A stretch of 63,805 nucleotides of DNA, filler included, from Reticulomyxa filosa (taxonomy: Eukaryota; Protista; Foraminifera), in the NCBI GenBank assembly GCA_000512085.1. It is 16 parts of 16 records of this genome, joined end to end, with 100 filler letters (N's around TTAATTAATTAA, not from the genome) between each part and the next. Parts side by side here need not be neighbours in the genome. Positions count along the whole stretch, not along the records: positions 57,297 to 59,535 come from ASPP01026572.1; positions 59,636 to 63,805 come from ASPP01004862.1; 14 more parts are not named here. One strand, 5' to 3'. The notes beneath the pieces were generated by a model, which saw nothing but the letters and a program-made list of their open reading frames with translations, searched no databases and was not told the origin of the DNA. The stretch's first letter is position 1, and every line of letters begins with the position of its first letter. Both the position numbers and the translations under genes were made by a program. Of this stretch, positions 59,482-63,805 are shown piece by piece.

Positions 59482-62400
59482 GTTTCGTTTTACACTTTAC
59501 ATTTTCAAAAAAAAAAAAAAATTGTTAACTGTAATNNNNNNNNNNNNNNNNNNNNNNNNNNNNNNNNNNNNNNNNNNNNTTAATTAATTAANNNNNNNNN
59601 NNNNNNNNNNNNNNNNNNNNNNNNNNNNNNNNNNNATTGATTGTCTTCCAGATATGACAACGACTATCCACACATATCTTGGTACGGCCACACGACATTG
59701 GCTTGACTGTTGGTGTCCACTCATTGCATCGTTTCGTATTCGTAATCGAATAATTGGCTAAATATATTCGCATTCTCCATTCGATAGTGATCATACTAAT
59801 AACCTTTCCACATATCAACACTATGTTATCACATTCTTTGTTATATCACATGTTGAATTCACTCCATTTGTTACATTTGATGTAAATATCAACAAAGAAT
59901 AATCTCCACTCGAAACTGCCACAATTGGCACCGCAAAACGTAATGTACCAATCCTTGTGCAGAAAAGACTCTCACGAGTATCCATTGACAATAAATATCT
60001 TCACCCTTCTTCACGCTTGAGAACTTGCCACCATCTGTCGTCGTGGTTCATCTTCAGTAATTTTGCGATACTTGCGACTGTTAACGGATATGCGCACTAT
60101 AGTTACTGTTGTACAACTCTGTACATTGATTTTGTGACTATATCTAGATACTATTCGTTTCAATTTATCTTTACCACTTGTCGTACCAGTTTGACGATGC
60201 TCCATTTGCTTTACAACAGGGGGTTTTTGTCGTTATATCATTATGTTCAGTATTTACACTATTTGCGCGACAGGCCCATTCTTGTTCTTCACTGTCAATT
60301 AATTAATCCATGTAATTGGAAAAACATGACGGACTGGCATATTCCAAAACGATTTTTCAATAGCTATAATTACCACGGCACATTGGCAGCTCGCAACACG
60401 CACAGTGTTCACAACTATAGTACAAAGGCATAAAAAGACATTGTATGACGTGTTGTCGAGAATACCGAGAGAGTTACCGTTTGTCTTGCATTGGATTCGT
60501 GTCGACGAGGATACGAAGGGTACAAGCATAGCAGGAACTGGCGCTGCAGATCCGGGAACAATTTTCGATAATTTGATGTCGCACTAACGCTCGTACATTG
60601 GACTGATTGAGTTAGCGCAATAGCAGTAATAACTACAAATCAAAAACCAAAAGTTAAAAATCTTTTCGCCTGGACATGATTGGATATGATAACACGATAA
60701 AGCGCAGCAAACGAATAATGAATATTATATAATAGGCGACAGATTTTCCACTATATTTTTGAAAAATTTGTGCACGAGGTAGTTCGCTTTGATCAGCACA
60801 TACACATCAAAAAAGGCTGATGGCCGAATATACTTGAGCACGAGCACGATAGACAAAGCGGTCCACAGTCGGCCTCACAACATAATGTGATTGTAGAAAA
60901 ATTTGGAGCCGAGATCGGATGATAGCACGAACATTGATTTGATTGTCGATTATATCCATTCGAAAAAAATCTTGTATGTGGTTGCACAGGACGGCAACCT
61001 GAGTGACGTGCTGAAGCGAAGCTCGACTGGCTCACTGTACATGGGTTCTCAAAACCCAGCCCACAACAATCCATTCTTGCCTCACTGCATTGCAAGGCAG
61101 ATTCATAGCGCTCATTCCTCCCAGCGAAATGATTTTGGCGCAATTGAAGGGTTTTATCTGGATATTATTCTACTGAGTATACGCTCCAATATCCAAAAAC
61201 GCCAATTATTTCAGCCAGTTTGACAAGTCTGTATATCACAAAACACGTATCTCAATGACAACTTTCTATTTTATTTTTTAAAATTGTTTTAAATTACAAT
61301 AACTGTAAAACGAATGTTCGACTGTCCCGAAGACTTTGCGCATTACCACAATGTCCATTCCAATTTCTTACATCGCATCCACCTGTACCTATTTGATGAT
61401 AGACTATCTCTTGACTTCATGGCGCTAAGGCTTCACATGATCATCCACGTATACTTTTTCATTTGTCTCTATATGTAAAAAAAAATACGTATTTTATTGT
61501 CACAAAAAAGAATTGTGTAAAATCACATTAGTATCATTGAAAGTGAGAAAAACATATAATGTGAAATGATTATTTTTGATACTGACTTGTTGTTGAGTCT
61601 GCTGCTGTCGCTTTCAATTCCTATTTTTTTATTTTAAACAAGTCAATTTGAAAAAAAAATTATTTATTTTACTTAACTTTTGTTTTGAGATCCACTGGAT
61701 CTAACACTTTTGGAGTCATAGCTCCAATACTAAAAAAGTTTCATTTTTTTTCCCTCTTTCTTTTTTTTCCTCATTTTCTTTCTTTTTTTTTATCAATCTT
61801 TTTTATTCTATCCTTTTTATTTCACTTTTTTTTTTATAATCATTTTTCTTATTTCTTTCTCTTTTTTTTTCTTCTCCCTTTTTATTCATACTTTTTTTTC
61901 ACAATCTTATTTTTTATTTTTTTTTCCATACTATTTTTTATCCACTATCCCCTTCTTTTCCCTATCACATTCTCCAATTTCTTCTTCAAAAAAAACCTTT
62001 GGGTCATTGTTCATCTGTACAAACACACACAAAAAATTATTTTTTAATTTTTTAAGATCAACAAAAGAAAATATACATGAAGTGTAGCTCAAGCTCTCAT
62101 TTCAATTTTTTTTTCTATGATAAACATTCAAACTTTTTTTTTTGTTTATATATTAAGGGTTGGGGCAAACAAAATACAAAAATAAATTTTTTTTCTTTGT
62201 GCGGGGGAATTCCTATTTATTACACACAATTACATCATGTCGATAAGAAAAATATATAAATATATAAACACAACATACCGCTATTTTTTTTATTGAAAAC
62301 CAGGTGGTCTTCAACCCCCAATTTTTTTTTGTGTGTATATATAGGGGGGCAAACAAGTGACATTTTTTTGGTGTACGGGGATTCCTATATACAAGCAAAC

Positions 62401-63805
62401 ATAATATGGATATTTTTATTTAAAAAAAAAAAGATATAACAAACATCTATTGCTCCTTTCGGAGACTGAGGTGGATTATACCCCGTTTTTGCTCGCCGTC
62501 GTTGTGTTTTGTCGCTTCGTTATACTATGTTATTTTTGTACGTTTTAAAAAAAAACATAAATTGTTTTTTTTGCATTTATTTCAAAAGACAAAAAGTATG
62601 TAAATGTATATACGTATGTTTAAAAATGTTTGATGTACCAATTGGCCTTGTCGTCTTGATTGTGATCGATTTGCCCTTATTTTTTTTTTTACGCAATGCG
62701 TAGTTGTTTTGATGAAACGGCCCTTTTTGCTCTGCCGTGTACGTGCCTTTTTGTGACGACACAGTTTGTCACGCTCAACCATTGAGCAACGCGCCCACAT
62801 ATTGACGAAATTTGATATAAGGGCCTGAGACATTAAATGGCCACACCAGCCAACAGTATACTCACAATCACCATAAGGCCCTTCCACTTGAATAATACAT
62901 CTATGGCCCACATAATGCAATTTGGATGCCACGCTGTCTGTTGCATTGGCGTATGTAATGCCGTCATAACATTCACACTCAGATTATCTTGATCAAACAT
63001 AACATCATTGCCATTGGCAATATCAGCATTGCATTCCACACCAACGTTGCCAATTATCCCATCGTTTGTGCTTGCATTGTCTTGCCACATATGTCGCCAT
63101 CGTAGCCTTGACTTGAGCAAAGCATTCACTATGAGAGTATCAGCGTGTTGTCTATTGTATTTTTAAAAAATTATAAAATTGAAACATAGTGCCATTTTGT
63201 GTTGTCAAAGTTTTTTTAGATTACGCTATCTTTTTTTTTTAATTGAAAGAAAGGCATAATAAACTTACTGGATTGCAATGTCACAATAGTGACTCTTTTT
63301 TTCAAATCTCGTGATTGGGCGCACATCTGCTGCCGTATAGTCCAAATTTATGTGATGGCAGTGAATGATTGGTGTGATGTTTGTTAATGTGATGATCGAT
63401 GTAGTAATATATGTGACGGCTGTTGACATGGCCTTGGCACCTGTTGGACGTGGCTGTAGTAAGTGACTTGCGGTGTGCTGACAGCCAACTTTTGAATTAA
63501 TGATGTTGGCATTATTTGGGGTGAAACATTGGTACAGCGTGGTCATCCTTCAACGCCAGCACAGAACTCCGACTTGACCAAGAAAAAAGAAAGGAGTTTT
63601 TACGACTACACAACTGCACAACTTTCATTAAAAAAGAAATTTGTAATTTTCAATTTTAATGAACATATCTCATTAAAATAAAATATTTTTGATTAAAATA
63701 TTTGATGAAGACAACTTTGCGATATTTTTGATGTCAAACAGGAAAAAAAAGTTCTAGACTAAAAAAGTTTTTGTTGAAAATCTAAATCTAGTAACATTTG
63801 AACAA

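Noticed and set aside
61685-62047. Phe-rich 'membrane protein' ORF
   Set aside because: It is a translation of a low-complexity poly-pyrimidine tract.

Overview
This is not one contiguous locus. It is 16 unrelated contigs joined by an artificial 100-bp linker (44 N + TTAATTAATTAA + 44 N). Contig spans are about 1-5764, 5865-8816, 8917-23505, 23606-27449, 27550-28711, 28812-33528, 33629-34907, 35008-36949, 37050-48495, 48596-50321, 50422-52163, 52264-53579, 53680-56028, 56129-57196, 57297-59535 and 59636-63805. Most contigs come from an AT-rich, intron-rich protist whose short GT-AG introns carry poly-T/poly-A and (TA)n tracts; the style recalls the foraminiferan Reticulomyxa, which is inference only. 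Recognisable host genes are a SNF2/RING helicase, a mono-ADP-ribosyltransferase PARP, TMCO1, a giant protein with two XK-like membrane domains and ankyrin repeats, a Mieap-like protein, a 7TM-RGS protein, an ELO elongase, a CBS/AMPK-gamma protein, an SDR and GluRS, plus several pseudogene fragments. Two contigs come from an AT-rich Rickettsiales-like bacterium. One carries nfuA, a DUF1338 pseudogene, rplM-rpsI and IS1595. The other is plasmid-like, with IS5/IS6 remnants, effector-like ORFs and an orphan Rpn C-terminus. One GC-rich bacterial contig carries an excisionase-family HTH gene followed by a translationally coupled GIY-YIG-like nuclease and DUF6884/YaaA-like gene pair; this is the best candidate for an uncharacterised defence-like system. 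One contig is the 3' end of a ciliate-like LSU rDNA with short AT-rich inserts and 336-bp spacer repeats. Another is a 306-bp inverted repeat. All family assignments come from motif recognition by eye; no database search was run.
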